Of a stretch of 38,243 nucleotides of DNA, positions 20,601-28,725 are shown in pieces. Made by a program: the position numbers and the translations under genes. The stretch's first letter is position 1. The number at the start of each line of letters is the position of its first letter. The notes under the pieces were generated by a model. The model ran no database searches, had not been told where the DNA came from, and saw only the letters and a list, made by a program, of their open reading frames with translations. Source of the DNA: a virus (taxonomy: Duplodnaviria; Caudoviricetes); the IMG/VR virus record IMGVR_UViG_3300032092_000100, positions 1 through 38,243 of that record; one strand, 5' to 3'.

Positions 20601-23600
20601 TAAGTTGTCAAAGATATTTGTCAATTTAGTGAATAAAATATTTGATAAATACCCAGGCAAACCTGTAAGAGTAGTTGTATTTAAATCAACAGATTTAAAA
20701 GTGTTAAGTAGTCGAGACGGAATGGCTGCCGCTATGGATATTTTAGAGTTGGCGGTTCAAGATGGTGATATACCATTAAGTGTGTTTAGAAATGCATTAA
20801 ATACGGCAGTTAAAGAAGAAAAGGATAATGATGGGATTAAATTATTTAGCGGCAAATTAAGTGCAAAAGAACTTCATAGCATTATAAAAGATTATTTTAT
20901 AAGCTCTAATGATGAGACTTTTAAGAAAAGAGTTGATGTTGGAAAGAAAATTATAGCTGAGGTATTTAAATCTAATGAAATTAACTTTAGTAGTTTGTCT
21001 GATAAGTTAAATATCCCACTAAATAAAAGCGGAAAAATAACAGTTGATGCAGCAACCAAAAGATTAGGTAATGTGCAAGAAGAAGGTTTTATGGAAAACG
21101 TTCCCTCTGAATCAGCAGTTGCTTATATTGAAATACCTTCTAAATTAATTGTAGAAGATGAGTCTAATATTCCAGCGAAAGAAAGAAAACATATTTCTTA
21201 TCCAGGAGTAATGAAAACAGTAGATGGTCAAAGAGTGACTGTTCATATGTTATCGGAAAGAAATAATTGGAGGGAAATTTTAGCTTCTGTAAATGATGGA
21301 GATATAACAACATCTGAAAAACTTGAAGATAACGTATTATTATCTGATTTAGAGTATGGAGCAAATTTTGCTGGAGCTAGAAATATTCCATATGCCCCTG
21401 TTAGAATTAATACATCAAATAAGTCTAAGTCTAAATCTCAAGTAATTATAACTCCACAAGAAGCATTAGAGAGATATCCTGAATTAAAAAATACTAAGGT
21501 TGTAGATAGTAATGGTGATCCTTTATTGGTATATCATGGAGGTCCTACTTTTACTGAATTTAAACCTTCTCAGACTAAAGAAGATAAAGGTATTTATTTC
21601 ACTGATAATTATGATTTTGCATTATTTTTTGCTCATCAACACGAATTAGTTGAAAGAGATAAAAGAAATGACGATTATAAAGATGTACCAAATGAATTAT
21701 TAGAAACTGGGGAACCTTTTCCTGAACAATATTTTAAATACGCTAAAGTTCAAGAAGCATATTTAGATATTCAAAATCCTACAATAGTTGATTCTATAGA
21801 TGCTAAAAGTATACCTGATAATTATGAAAAAGGCAAAGATGGTTTTATAGCAAAATCAACAGGAGATTTTGGATATAAAGGTTCTCAATATGTGGTATTT
21901 GAAACTAAACAAATAAAAAATGCCTTATCATCCAAATCTCAAGCAAAATCTAATACATTAATAGATCAGGCTAAATTAACGGGCGAGATGACTGAGGATG
22001 ATCAAGGTAATTATTTATTCTACCACTATTCTCCAAATAAAATCTCCTCCATTGATCCTAAATACTTTGGTAAAAATACTTCTAGAACAGGAAGAGACGA
22101 GAGACCTGGCTTAAATATCAGCATGTACTATACTCGTCCTGACGTATTGGATGTATCTGGTAAATATGGGTATGTAGTAAGAGTTCCAAAAGATAAAGTT
22201 TATCCATTCAATGAGGATCCTTTAAATCTTTATGATGCAGCAAAAGCTGAGTTTGACAAGATGTATCCAGGACAAACTTTTGATGCGAATAAACAAGCGG
22301 CATTTATTGCTCAAGAAGCTGCTAAAATTGGATATCCAATGACTGTTGCCAAATGGGGTGATAATTTAAGAGCTGAGACAACTGAGAAGATGAAGGGTGA
22401 GTTTTATATGAGACCAGATAAAGAATATCCTTCTACAGTTGAATTTAATCCAGAGCTTGAAAAATTTGAGGCTAATGAAGTTTTGGAGCAAAATAAAAAA
22501 TCTGGAACTGTTACAAAGTCGCAGGCGAAAAGAAGCGATCTAAGCAAAGATGATAGTATATTATTAGATACTGCAATAGAAGAGGCTATCGGTAGAATTA
22601 AGTCGGGATCTGGCTTACAATTTTCTCTAAATAATCTTATCGATCAAGTTAGAAAGATAAAGTCTGTTAGGGATAAATCATCTTTTAGAAAGAAAGAGAT
22701 TGAGCAATCGGTAAAAGAAGAAGTTGTTAAGACCATTTCAAGAGAGATTGCTGGAGATGCTAAATCCTACATGGATACTCAGAACTTGACAAAAGAAAAA
22801 GCTATAGAGATGGCTTTATCTAATGCAATTAATGCAGGCATTGAGTTTTCAACTGCCGATGAAATCAAGGCTGATGTTAGAAAGCAGTTGGATAACATTA
22901 TCAAAAACACTCAGAAGCAGGAAAGAGCAAATCAGCCAGAGATAACTTTAACAACAACAGAGAGGGATGCCTTGAACCAACAAATTAAGAAGATGGCTTC
23001 TGACATCAAGGCTGTTGTTAGCGACATGAAGAAATCCTTCAAGGAGAAAATGAAGGGTGAAAGGGATATGAGAAAGATGTTATCTTCTTGGGTTAAAGAT
23101 TATCTTAAAAGCTCTGGAATATCAGATAAATTAACTCCTGCACAAATGCGTGCAATTGTTAATAGAGCTTTGAGTTTAAATCTATCCATGACAGATAAGC
23201 AATTATCTAATTTCATAGAGTATGTAGATAAGATTGTGGCTAATCAAAAAATGGCTTCTCAGATGGATTCTTTAAAGAAAAATAGAAAAGAGGCATTAAA
23301 GAGAAAGCACAATCAATACACTCAGTCTGTTAAAAAATTCTTGACCATTCCTTTGTTTGGATCAGATGGAGAGATGCTTTTGACTCCTAGTGAGATGTCT
23401 GAATATTTTGACGTTGTTGAAATGTTAAATCAAAATATCCCAGACCATTCAATGATGGATATGGCATTAGCTGATAAAGCTTTAGAGAATTACATTGATA
23501 TTCCAGAGATTGTTACACAGGATGATTACTTGGATAAGCTAAACGAAATAAATGACTTTGATATTAATAGCATTGAAGAGTATCGTGAATTTGTTAAGCT

Positions 23601-26600
23601 TGTTAATTCAGCAGTAAATATTGTAAATTCTTTATACAACAATGGATCTATAGACGAGGTTGAAAGAGCTGAGATGTTGGATACATTGTATTCAATGGAA
23701 GATGGTTTAAGAATTTATGATGAGAATCACCAAGATCAAATAGATAATCTCAAAAGAGAAATTATATCTAACTTAATACAAAAGATTCCAGGAGTTGATG
23801 TTAGCGGATTGATTGGAGATCAAAAAAATCTATGGGGACGATTTGAGACATTGATGAGTGTTTCAAAATCTGAAGGTTTGATGAAGTTAGACATTAAAGA
23901 TTTAATGAAGCTTGAAGAAGCTCTAGATCGAATGGAGTATGGCTTTATGCCAGAAGCTGACTTTAGAGATATTGTAAATAAAGCTGAGGTTCGCTACCGT
24001 CAAATGGGTAAGGCTATTACAAATCAATTAAATGGTTTGTATGGCAAGATGAAAAACATCGTTACTAATTTGATGAAGCGTAGATTATTTACCGAGGAAT
24101 CTTTCCAATGGGAAAAAGTTTTAGGTATTGGTCAGGAAAGTAGTATATACAAATATCTTATCGATCCTATAGACAGAGGAATCCGTAAGATGAATACTTA
24201 CGTTAAGAATAATATTGATAAATATTATGAAGAGAAGAAAGCTATAAGAAAACCTAAGTCTGGATTCTTCAGCTTTGTTCCTAAAAAATCTATCCCAAAT
24301 AAACCAATAAAGATATTTGGAAGAGATATATTGAGATATACAGCTAAGGTTAGTTATGACACATACTATGATACTAGAGTAGGCGTGATATCTCATATCT
24401 TAGACAGTGGACACAAAGCTGTTTTCTTCGGTCAAAAATCAAATGATTGGTTAGGAAAACAATTGAATGATCCTGTGGTAAGAGCAGCTTATGGTAGCGA
24501 TGTATATATTTTAGATAATATATATGAGGATCTTATGAGTAATCCAAACTTTGTCACTAATGGCAAGCTAGACTATTCTAAGATATACGAGTCATATGTT
24601 AATGATCCTTCATCTGTATTTAGTAATTATGAAAACTCTGTTTATGAATTATTCAGAAAGAATGTTCAAAAGGCAGGTGAGTTAATTGTAAATGCCAATG
24701 CTATCCGAGGAATCAACGGGGAATTAAATCCTTTTCACTCTCCTCGTAAGTATGTTGGAGACTACAAAAATGCGGCTGAAGCTGATTTATTAAAAGGCAC
24801 ATTTGGTAAATATGGATCTATTCGATCTGGTTCTTCATATACTAGGGTGCTTGTTGATCCAAACGGACCTTTAAACTTTAACATTGATCAAATTGTTGCC
24901 GAACAAATTACTGAGTCTGCACGAGATTACTATTTGAACGATGCTATTTCTTTTACAAATGCTGTAATTCAGAATGCAAAAGAAAATTCAACCACTCCTG
25001 TTGAAAGATCTGTATTATCTGCTATATCAAATTCAAATAGAAAGCGTGTAGACTTTGAGATATCTAGACCAGAAGGGGAGAATATATTAACAAGGGCATA
25101 CAATAATTTGGCTAGTGCCTTTGCTAAAAAAGTTTTACTACCTCCTAAGCGTTTGGTTACGGAATTAATTACCAACGTAACTTCTGGAGCGTTAAGACAG
25201 AAAACATTGAAAGGGTTCAATCCTTTATCAATGATTGAAGCTAAAAAGATAATGGAGAAGTTTAACAGCCCTGTTGCTGACATGGGTTGGAGATTTAAAA
25301 CTTACGCTTCTATGGGCGGATCTAAGTTGAATAGAAAGTCAATGCTTGGGTTTATAGAGAATATTACAAGCTCTGCCCTAAACATTGCAGGTCCTACTGT
25401 ATTTGGTGAGTGGATGGGTAATTTTGAGCGTCATTTCTATCAATTAAGCGGAGAGAAATACAACCAAGCAAAACATTTGAACTCTCCAGAACACCAGTAT
25501 TTTATCGAAGAAGCTGCTGCTTATGCTAACAGACAAATAGGTAAAATTCGTGGAGGATCTCTTAAGGGTCAAACTAGAATGAAGTACAAAGTTCTTCCAG
25601 AGATATTCTTTGTCAAAGATGCTGTTACAGGCGAGCTTAATGAGAGAAAGGGTGTTGTTGATCCTAATAGCTTCTTAGGTCCAATTGTAAACTTCTTTAA
25701 CAACTTCGTTTACCGAGATGTTACCAACTTCATGTATGGCACTAAAGAAGCTGCTATTGGAGCCGTGAGATTAGATTCTAAGAAATTTGCAGATGGTTTA
25801 GGATCAGTGTTTGGGTCATCTTACTCTTTAAGTATATATCCAATATTAGGTTATATTTTAAATCAGTTATGGAACATCAGATTTGGAGATGATGAGGAGA
25901 AGGAAAAGGCGAAAGTGGCTTTAAGTAAATTTGAATCAAAAGAGGGAATAACTTCTTTCGCATCAGATATATTTGTCAATCTTGCCATGACACTTGGCAC
26001 TTCTAAGTTTGGATTAACTGGTAGAGCTACTGCTATTGGGGCCTTACAAGCCATGAGAAATAGTCCAAATTTTGATTCTAAAGTTATTGATGACTATCTA
26101 CAGACATTCTATTATGTGAAAGGTGTTGATTTTAATAAGAGTGATGCACCTGATGAAATGATGGCTGATTTATTAGGTATAATTTCTCCTCCGATATCAG
26201 ACTTCACAAGAGAGGCTGTAATATTAACACAGGATTTAATATCTGAGCCTAAATATAACAGAGCTACAATAGCTGATGTTTGGGAAGAAGGTGGTAAATT
26301 CTTTAACGACAAAGATGTTGTTGACTATAAAAAACTTCTATCTGGCTTAGTAATGTTGGCTAATGTTAATTTAGCTATGAAAGGTGAAGCTTTGCCTATG
26401 TCTAGAGCTTTGTTAAATGTTTTAAAAGATTCTTCCGAAAAAGAACAAGATATTGTTATTATGTCAAGTGATGATAAATACAATCTTGTGGCTGGTGTTC
26501 TTGATTTTGAAGATGGCAAAGGCAGATTGATTGTTCAAGGTGAAAATAAAGATGAGACGGAACTACTTTCAAATGCCGCCACAGAGTCATTTATTCGCTT

Positions 26601-27141
26601 AATAGAGGAAAATAAAAACGAATTTAAAGATTTAGATGAAATTCGTAAAAATAAAGATAAATACAGTAAAGATGCGATTAGAGAAGCTAATGTTATAGCA
26701 TTTTCATTGATCCAAGATTTAGCTGAAATGGCAAAATATGAAGCTAAAATAAAATATAATATTGCTTCAAATGAACCTAAGTCATCATTTAGAGAAGATA
26801 TGACTGATGATGAATTAAATAAAGCTTTATATAAAGCTGATTCTATATATCAAGATGCCGAATCAAAAAATAAGTTTTCGGAGAATTTCAAAGTTGAAAT
26901 GATGAAACGTGAGAAAGCAGAGTTCTTTGCTAATCCTCCATCAACCATTGTTAATGGTGTAGATATTAAAGATATCAGAGAGGCTTATAACAATATACCT
27001 AACACTAATATAGGTTTGCAAAGAATGGTAAGAGATTATTTTGAGGACTTATTTGATTATCAACAAGGATATATTATGGATCAGCCAGATTTTGCAGAAT
27101 ATTTTTCTTATAATAACAGATCAAAAGAGATAACTGATTAA
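14617..27141 (+). CDS. Giant polyvalent virion/ejection protein (zincin metallopeptidase, ART-PolyVal-like and further modules)
   Basis: 4174 aa; HEMTH at aa 1733-1737 with downstream EE; VVDSNGDPLLVYHG...GIYFTD...AYLDIQNP...DGFI...YVVFETKQIK; Gly/Ala hydrophobic segments at about aa 900-1200; long coiled coils. Confidence 0.8.
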   Translation: MANLQDLYLLLSQEPRISEPATYEEFEERMQDPEYNEHISKLANWAGYDVSTYEGVKKKEDFMEESAQQLGQVSEPQNPITGETQEVSTEDQVQSDLPDFLAVPKAMEMPSAPTSVFGAAPKQDVVEEEVDLNQNPDPNNPNNPYDLGTFFHPAASAIQTGNKVRKNFRDKYSLNINSSIDGAKDFIKEENTMAKDMGLPEDEVSEDSMNVDASEDVNMIDDGGKRKRKKKKEENVDGQELPTEGGVKEFENPLPGVEIIGVYTTDQKDKRGRKKYQYIIQDKTTGAKGVGSKPKLMEGVENDAVWKYVINEKPDTKFYDDDSMWQDLNQAVITVADYNGKLDSDYSENLKQHRIKYADKLGFKYNEETGDLETDPTFQYESGANKGTNIIEIKGTKKEDKGKKSIFGKALDWAKEAVGDVKEYFGEKKAINKIEKNLSGANRRMQDNKLIEDAANLLDETKYINNLDEDFSRNLNISQDSKNFITHSKISTKDILLSTETDLINKVKNSGYLNTYFKPQVTEVIEGGVANAAVAGQEQIIDPLTDPERYQERLNQLFDQEAKRVARELKRDARYVLADKYIQAQIEKGVPEYKTEQRDRLRQIYQSRLDEANPFEYEDIVSNDKREEIGWTEAARKSNNYTVNKGDADFASTIYSNSYSDYINRPQAEAFIAGENLAINGVESDGDSLRIRAEYLTNRLNQEKSKDGLADDKQIKNAMSEINTVKVELSDIEKKINSKNEKLSSLIIEEDGEKYYASEEAQEEGEKLVSEIEALTNEYNKVYERIKEPNRLLSQYSSYVNKTGGLYKELENINSRLNELSKDSNIVRLQELNSTLEQIDILDWDKKNVQRIEDENGNLNITQLKTKAQNGELSNFEGYEILKNHEKKGYQDRANDEDFWGFVFDMPYKLMQAGSASGGGLLQTIKYAGGFVETVVSYPSQALGYDVEENWINEDENVWTSADIEKEWFKGTTEYFSKEVVNPAYEKYGAAWWASTVIQLTPDLLAAAGGTAGAVKIGLQSGVKAGVKYAATNATTAYFATRLSGEYMKEAEEAGYSPMQAFAMGGSLGYVVSMMESLFPEIPTFQQITLKRMARQIVSNGIRDGLTSAQIASKISAGFFEITGKSMANILGHVAKEGVVEEGNQFIVEEGFMSAIGARELEIIDPKTGNFGRSLTQYFDNVAIGGLVGGLMSSGSTIKSIFNEKMSDLTRKQTFLAMGRDYDSILENVLNSNKDFKETAAFKELKNIKEEYDKLAASEVFEQYDDVAKGDILDLSLKLQSLIESQNALAKKGVSNVKIDSIISATQKQLNDVLEAADERADQRSKVNEELNNLGVNLFFLNPDGSVRTVLFNSGVKKEEQEARLPKALEIINNNYKFNPQEDAVQESETGQVPVQPEAAVGQQVEKGVSQAEPQVTTEAVEEEVIIDKPAITQNTTEELNRVKSLDLSAEDGATFNIGGDKYEGVGLVIPVISKNTTTEEITPEMIADFVEEHSSKIGDTDVVKFGIYKFPNSNKVSIDLNIVAPASSREQAIEFARLADQESLFDLGTFENIKTGGTGLNPRQFNDAEFKEVARAMREGRLPNIEGFADNKSKVDNIDQITSRRERSSTETETAPETAPQQKVTFDQAVENANQAGFNMSDKTRSRELSDRSTDPKKKRIVEQANNAARTLKSILPDYDIIVFENEKEYDDYQRSINGTTGTSGSFTRSADGNKGVIAINLSNANYRTVSHEMTHALLFKIFGENPAVFEEFKKKISDLAKGELIKGVDKNGKSFTMSFDDFISDLVSNKIYNDSERAEEYLSELVGLITQLDMSSPTTKSILKSIGDFINKIISRYFGNRLKAIDNTSSPEEVMEFLQTFSASVASGSKLRVTPVKEEVKNVDTNGELKTKYALGGDFEATLMPESDLKKLEDDGYLIQNAKIEDLNGEVVISMFPDNKMVGDLSYGTYKKDTEVDGIKYKKGDKRIVLQGNGGLHFALKYNEDGTFWASTPKLSKIFVNLVNKIFDKYPGKPVRVVVFKSTDLKVLSSRDGMAAAMDILELAVQDGDIPLSVFRNALNTAVKEEKDNDGIKLFSGKLSAKELHSIIKDYFISSNDETFKKRVDVGKKIIAEVFKSNEINFSSLSDKLNIPLNKSGKITVDAATKRLGNVQEEGFMENVPSESAVAYIEIPSKLIVEDESNIPAKERKHISYPGVMKTVDGQRVTVHMLSERNNWREILASVNDGDITTSEKLEDNVLLSDLEYGANFAGARNIPYAPVRINTSNKSKSKSQVIITPQEALERYPELKNTKVVDSNGDPLLVYHGGPTFTEFKPSQTKEDKGIYFTDNYDFALFFAHQHELVERDKRNDDYKDVPNELLETGEPFPEQYFKYAKVQEAYLDIQNPTIVDSIDAKSIPDNYEKGKDGFIAKSTGDFGYKGSQYVVFETKQIKNALSSKSQAKSNTLIDQAKLTGEMTEDDQGNYLFYHYSPNKISSIDPKYFGKNTSRTGRDERPGLNISMYYTRPDVLDVSGKYGYVVRVPKDKVYPFNEDPLNLYDAAKAEFDKMYPGQTFDANKQAAFIAQEAAKIGYPMTVAKWGDNLRAETTEKMKGEFYMRPDKEYPSTVEFNPELEKFEANEVLEQNKKSGTVTKSQAKRSDLSKDDSILLDTAIEEAIGRIKSGSGLQFSLNNLIDQVRKIKSVRDKSSFRKKEIEQSVKEEVVKTISREIAGDAKSYMDTQNLTKEKAIEMALSNAINAGIEFSTADEIKADVRKQLDNIIKNTQKQERANQPEITLTTTERDALNQQIKKMASDIKAVVSDMKKSFKEKMKGERDMRKMLSSWVKDYLKSSGISDKLTPAQMRAIVNRALSLNLSMTDKQLSNFIEYVDKIVANQKMASQMDSLKKNRKEALKRKHNQYTQSVKKFLTIPLFGSDGEMLLTPSEMSEYFDVVEMLNQNIPDHSMMDMALADKALENYIDIPEIVTQDDYLDKLNEINDFDINSIEEYREFVKLVNSAVNIVNSLYNNGSIDEVERAEMLDTLYSMEDGLRIYDENHQDQIDNLKREIISNLIQKIPGVDVSGLIGDQKNLWGRFETLMSVSKSEGLMKLDIKDLMKLEEALDRMEYGFMPEADFRDIVNKAEVRYRQMGKAITNQLNGLYGKMKNIVTNLMKRRLFTEESFQWEKVLGIGQESSIYKYLIDPIDRGIRKMNTYVKNNIDKYYEEKKAIRKPKSGFFSFVPKKSIPNKPIKIFGRDILRYTAKVSYDTYYDTRVGVISHILDSGHKAVFFGQKSNDWLGKQLNDPVVRAAYGSDVYILDNIYEDLMSNPNFVTNGKLDYSKIYESYVNDPSSVFSNYENSVYELFRKNVQKAGELIVNANAIRGINGELNPFHSPRKYVGDYKNAAEADLLKGTFGKYGSIRSGSSYTRVLVDPNGPLNFNIDQIVAEQITESARDYYLNDAISFTNAVIQNAKENSTTPVERSVLSAISNSNRKRVDFEISRPEGENILTRAYNNLASAFAKKVLLPPKRLVTELITNVTSGALRQKTLKGFNPLSMIEAKKIMEKFNSPVADMGWRFKTYASMGGSKLNRKSMLGFIENITSSALNIAGPTVFGEWMGNFERHFYQLSGEKYNQAKHLNSPEHQYFIEEAAAYANRQIGKIRGGSLKGQTRMKYKVLPEIFFVKDAVTGELNERKGVVDPNSFLGPIVNFFNNFVYRDVTNFMYGTKEAAIGAVRLDSKKFADGLGSVFGSSYSLSIYPILGYILNQLWNIRFGDDEEKEKAKVALSKFESKEGITSFASDIFVNLAMTLGTSKFGLTGRATAIGALQAMRNSPNFDSKVIDDYLQTFYYVKGVDFNKSDAPDEMMADLLGIISPPISDFTREAVILTQDLISEPKYNRATIADVWEEGGKFFNDKDVVDYKKLLSGLVMLANVNLAMKGEALPMSRALLNVLKDSSEKEQDIVIMSSDDKYNLVAGVLDFEDGKGRLIVQGENKDETELLSNAATESFIRLIEENKNEFKDLDEIRKNKDKYSKDAIREANVIAFSLIQDLAEMAKYEAKIKYNIASNEPKSSFREDMTDDELNKALYKADSIYQDAESKNKFSENFKVEMMKREKAEFFANPPSTIVNGVDIKDIREAYNNIPNTNIGLQRMVRDYFEDLFDYQQGYIMDQPDFAEYFSYNNRSKEITD
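18764..18892 (+). CDS. Nested +1-frame small basic protein, MPFKSQKQVKFLYSQKPQLANKWRKEYPKQNLKSLPKQSRRK (42 aa)
   Basis: Hand translation ATG 18764 to TAA 18892; AT-rich upstream region; resembles small phage proteins beginning MPFKS-x-KQ with a conserved W (recalled, not searched). Confidence 0.65.
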   Translation: MPFKSQKQVKFLYSQKPQLANKWRKEYPKQNLKSLPKQSRRK

Positions 27142-27151
27142 TAAATTTTAT

Positions 27152-27159
27152 TAAATTTG
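27152..27159 (+). promoter_or_regulatory. -7 promoter element TAAATTTG, ferritin/lysis operon
   Basis: TAnnTTTG only 4 nt before the ATG at 27164. Confidence 0.6.
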
Positions 27160-27163
27160 TAAT

Positions 27164-27661
27164 ATGAAAAAACCTGTAAAATTACCATCTGATATTGTAG
27201 GCATGTTGCTTCCTCGTTTAAATGACGAGTTTAAGGCGGCATACTTTTACCGTGCAGCATCAAATTGGTGCAATAATGTAGGATATTTTAAGGCTGGAGA
27301 ATTTTTTGCCAAAGAATCTGAGGACGAGTTTGGTCATGCTAAAAAGATTGAGCAGTTCTTAGTTGATTGGAATGTAACTCCAGACTTACCTACAATTCAA
27401 AAACCAGTCAACACATTTTTAAATCTTTGTGAATTGATATCTCAGGCATATCAAATGGAGTATGCTCTTTACGAGGCTTATGAAGATACAAGCTTAAAGA
27501 TATTTAAAACAGGCGATATGTGTGTTTTTGATTTTTTACAGCAGTATAGAACAGGTCAAACAAAAGCTGTTGCTGAATACAGCGACATGTTAAATGTTTT
27601 GGAAGGAGTGAATTGTGATAGTAAATTTGAAATGTTATTACTTGAAGAAAAATTATTCTAA
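27164..27661 (+). CDS. Ferritin-like protein (non-haem ferritin family)
   Basis: 165 aa; LNDEFKAAYFY, FFAKESEDEFGHAKKI (ExxH), MEY, FDFLQQY..Q align by eye to FtnA. Confidence 0.88.
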   Translation: MKKPVKLPSDIVGMLLPRLNDEFKAAYFYRAASNWCNNVGYFKAGEFFAKESEDEFGHAKKIEQFLVDWNVTPDLPTIQKPVNTFLNLCELISQAYQMEYALYEAYEDTSLKIFKTGDMCVFDFLQQYRTGQTKAVAEYSDMLNVLEGVNCDSKFEMLLLEEKLF

Positions 27662-28218
27662 TGGAAAGATTTACAATAGAACAAGTTAAAGCTGTCTGTG
27701 AAAAGAAAAGGTATCGTTGGCTTCCATTTCAATTAATAGGAATCAGAAGTGCTGCCGATAAACCTAATGCTTTTGATGATTTATTGGGGTGGGTTGATGG
27801 AGATAAGATTGTATGGCATACAGGAACTACAAACCCTGGTGTTCATTGGTTAAAGCAATGGATGAATCCAGCAGGATGTGCTGTTCTAGCTGAAGGTCAA
27901 CACATAAATTCTTGGGTATTAGGAAAACATAAAGGTCAATATGAGGCACTTGTTCAATACGGTCCTGTGGATGTTTACAGAGACATTGACAAAGATGATA
28001 AGAGTGAGCAAATGGGTAAGCCTATCAGAGGTGTATATGGCATTAATCACCATAGAGCCAACCCTAAATTTATCAGCTCTATTATAGATAAATGGTCAGC
28101 AGGTTGTCAAGTTCGTAACAACCCAAAGGAATATGATGAGTTTATGACTGCTTGCAAAAATAGTGGCCTTAAATTCTTCTCATACGTTCTGTTAAATGAA
28201 AACGATTTTAAGTCATGA
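27661..28218 (+). CDS. Putative endolysin with L,D-transpeptidase (YkuD)-like catalytic motif
   Basis: GINHHRA-x(11)-WSAGCQV fits the His...SxGC motif; directly upstream of holin-like genes. Confidence 0.65.
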   Translation: MERFTIEQVKAVCEKKRYRWLPFQLIGIRSAADKPNAFDDLLGWVDGDKIVWHTGTTNPGVHWLKQWMNPAGCAVLAEGQHINSWVLGKHKGQYEALVQYGPVDVYRDIDKDDKSEQMGKPIRGVYGINHHRANPKFISSIIDKWSAGCQVRNNPKEYDEFMTACKNSGLKFFSYVLLNENDFKS

Positions 28219-28466
28219 ACACAGAAAAAGAGATAGCTTTGATACACGAGGAATTACAAAACATGAACAAGAAGATAGATCGTATCTATAATGTTCTTAT
28301 CGGTGATGAGGAGATGAAGATAGAAGGTCTAGTAGACAAGGTGTCTCAACATGATAAATACATCCAAAAACAAAAGCTATTAATTGCTAAGTATTCGGGT
28401 ATTGCTACAGGTATGGGTATATTGGGTGGCATTATTGTACAGCTTGTAATGAAATTGATTTTATGA
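28215..28466 (+). CDS. Small membrane protein (coiled coil plus C-terminal TM; holin/XhlA-like)
   Basis: 83 aa; TM segment GIATGMGILGGIIVQLVMKLIL; ATGA coupling in the lysis cluster. Confidence 0.55.
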   Translation: MNTEKEIALIHEELQNMNKKIDRIYNVLIGDEEMKIEGLVDKVSQHDKYIQKQKLLIAKYSGIATGMGILGGIIVQLVMKLIL

Positions 28467-28717
28467 TAAAATGGTGGAGAAGCATTCTCTCTGTAGACGG
28501 CAACCAAAGTTCTAAAAGATTAGCTGCTATTCTATCTTTGCTATGCTGTATAGCATTCGCTTGGATAGCCACATTCACAAATTACCAATGTCCAGAGTAC
28601 ATGTTCGAAGGGCTTCTGGTCGTGGCTGGAGGCGGATTTGGGTTGACGGTCATTGAAAGTATATTCACAAGATATAAACAAGATAAAAATCAAGATCCCA
28701 CACAGGGTCAGCAATAA
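28463..28717 (+). CDS. Putative holin (2 TM)
   Basis: 84 aa; SSKR followed by two hydrophobic helices and a charged C-terminal tail. Confidence 0.65.
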   Translation: MIKWWRSILSVDGNQSSKRLAAILSLLCCIAFAWIATFTNYQCPEYMFEGLLVVAGGGFGLTVIESIFTRYKQDKNQDPTQGQQ

Positions 28718-28725
28718 ATACACAT

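Noticed and set aside
23554-23568. DFDIN in the giant protein, resembling the crAss virion RNAP DFDID motif
   Set aside because: The third Asp is absent and the context is a helical coiled coil, not a double-psi barrel
15055-26519. Antisense ORFs (60-179 aa) within the giant gene, and similar ones within other + strand genes
   Set aside because: They are Ser/Leu/Phe-rich shadows of strongly biased sense frames with no start context
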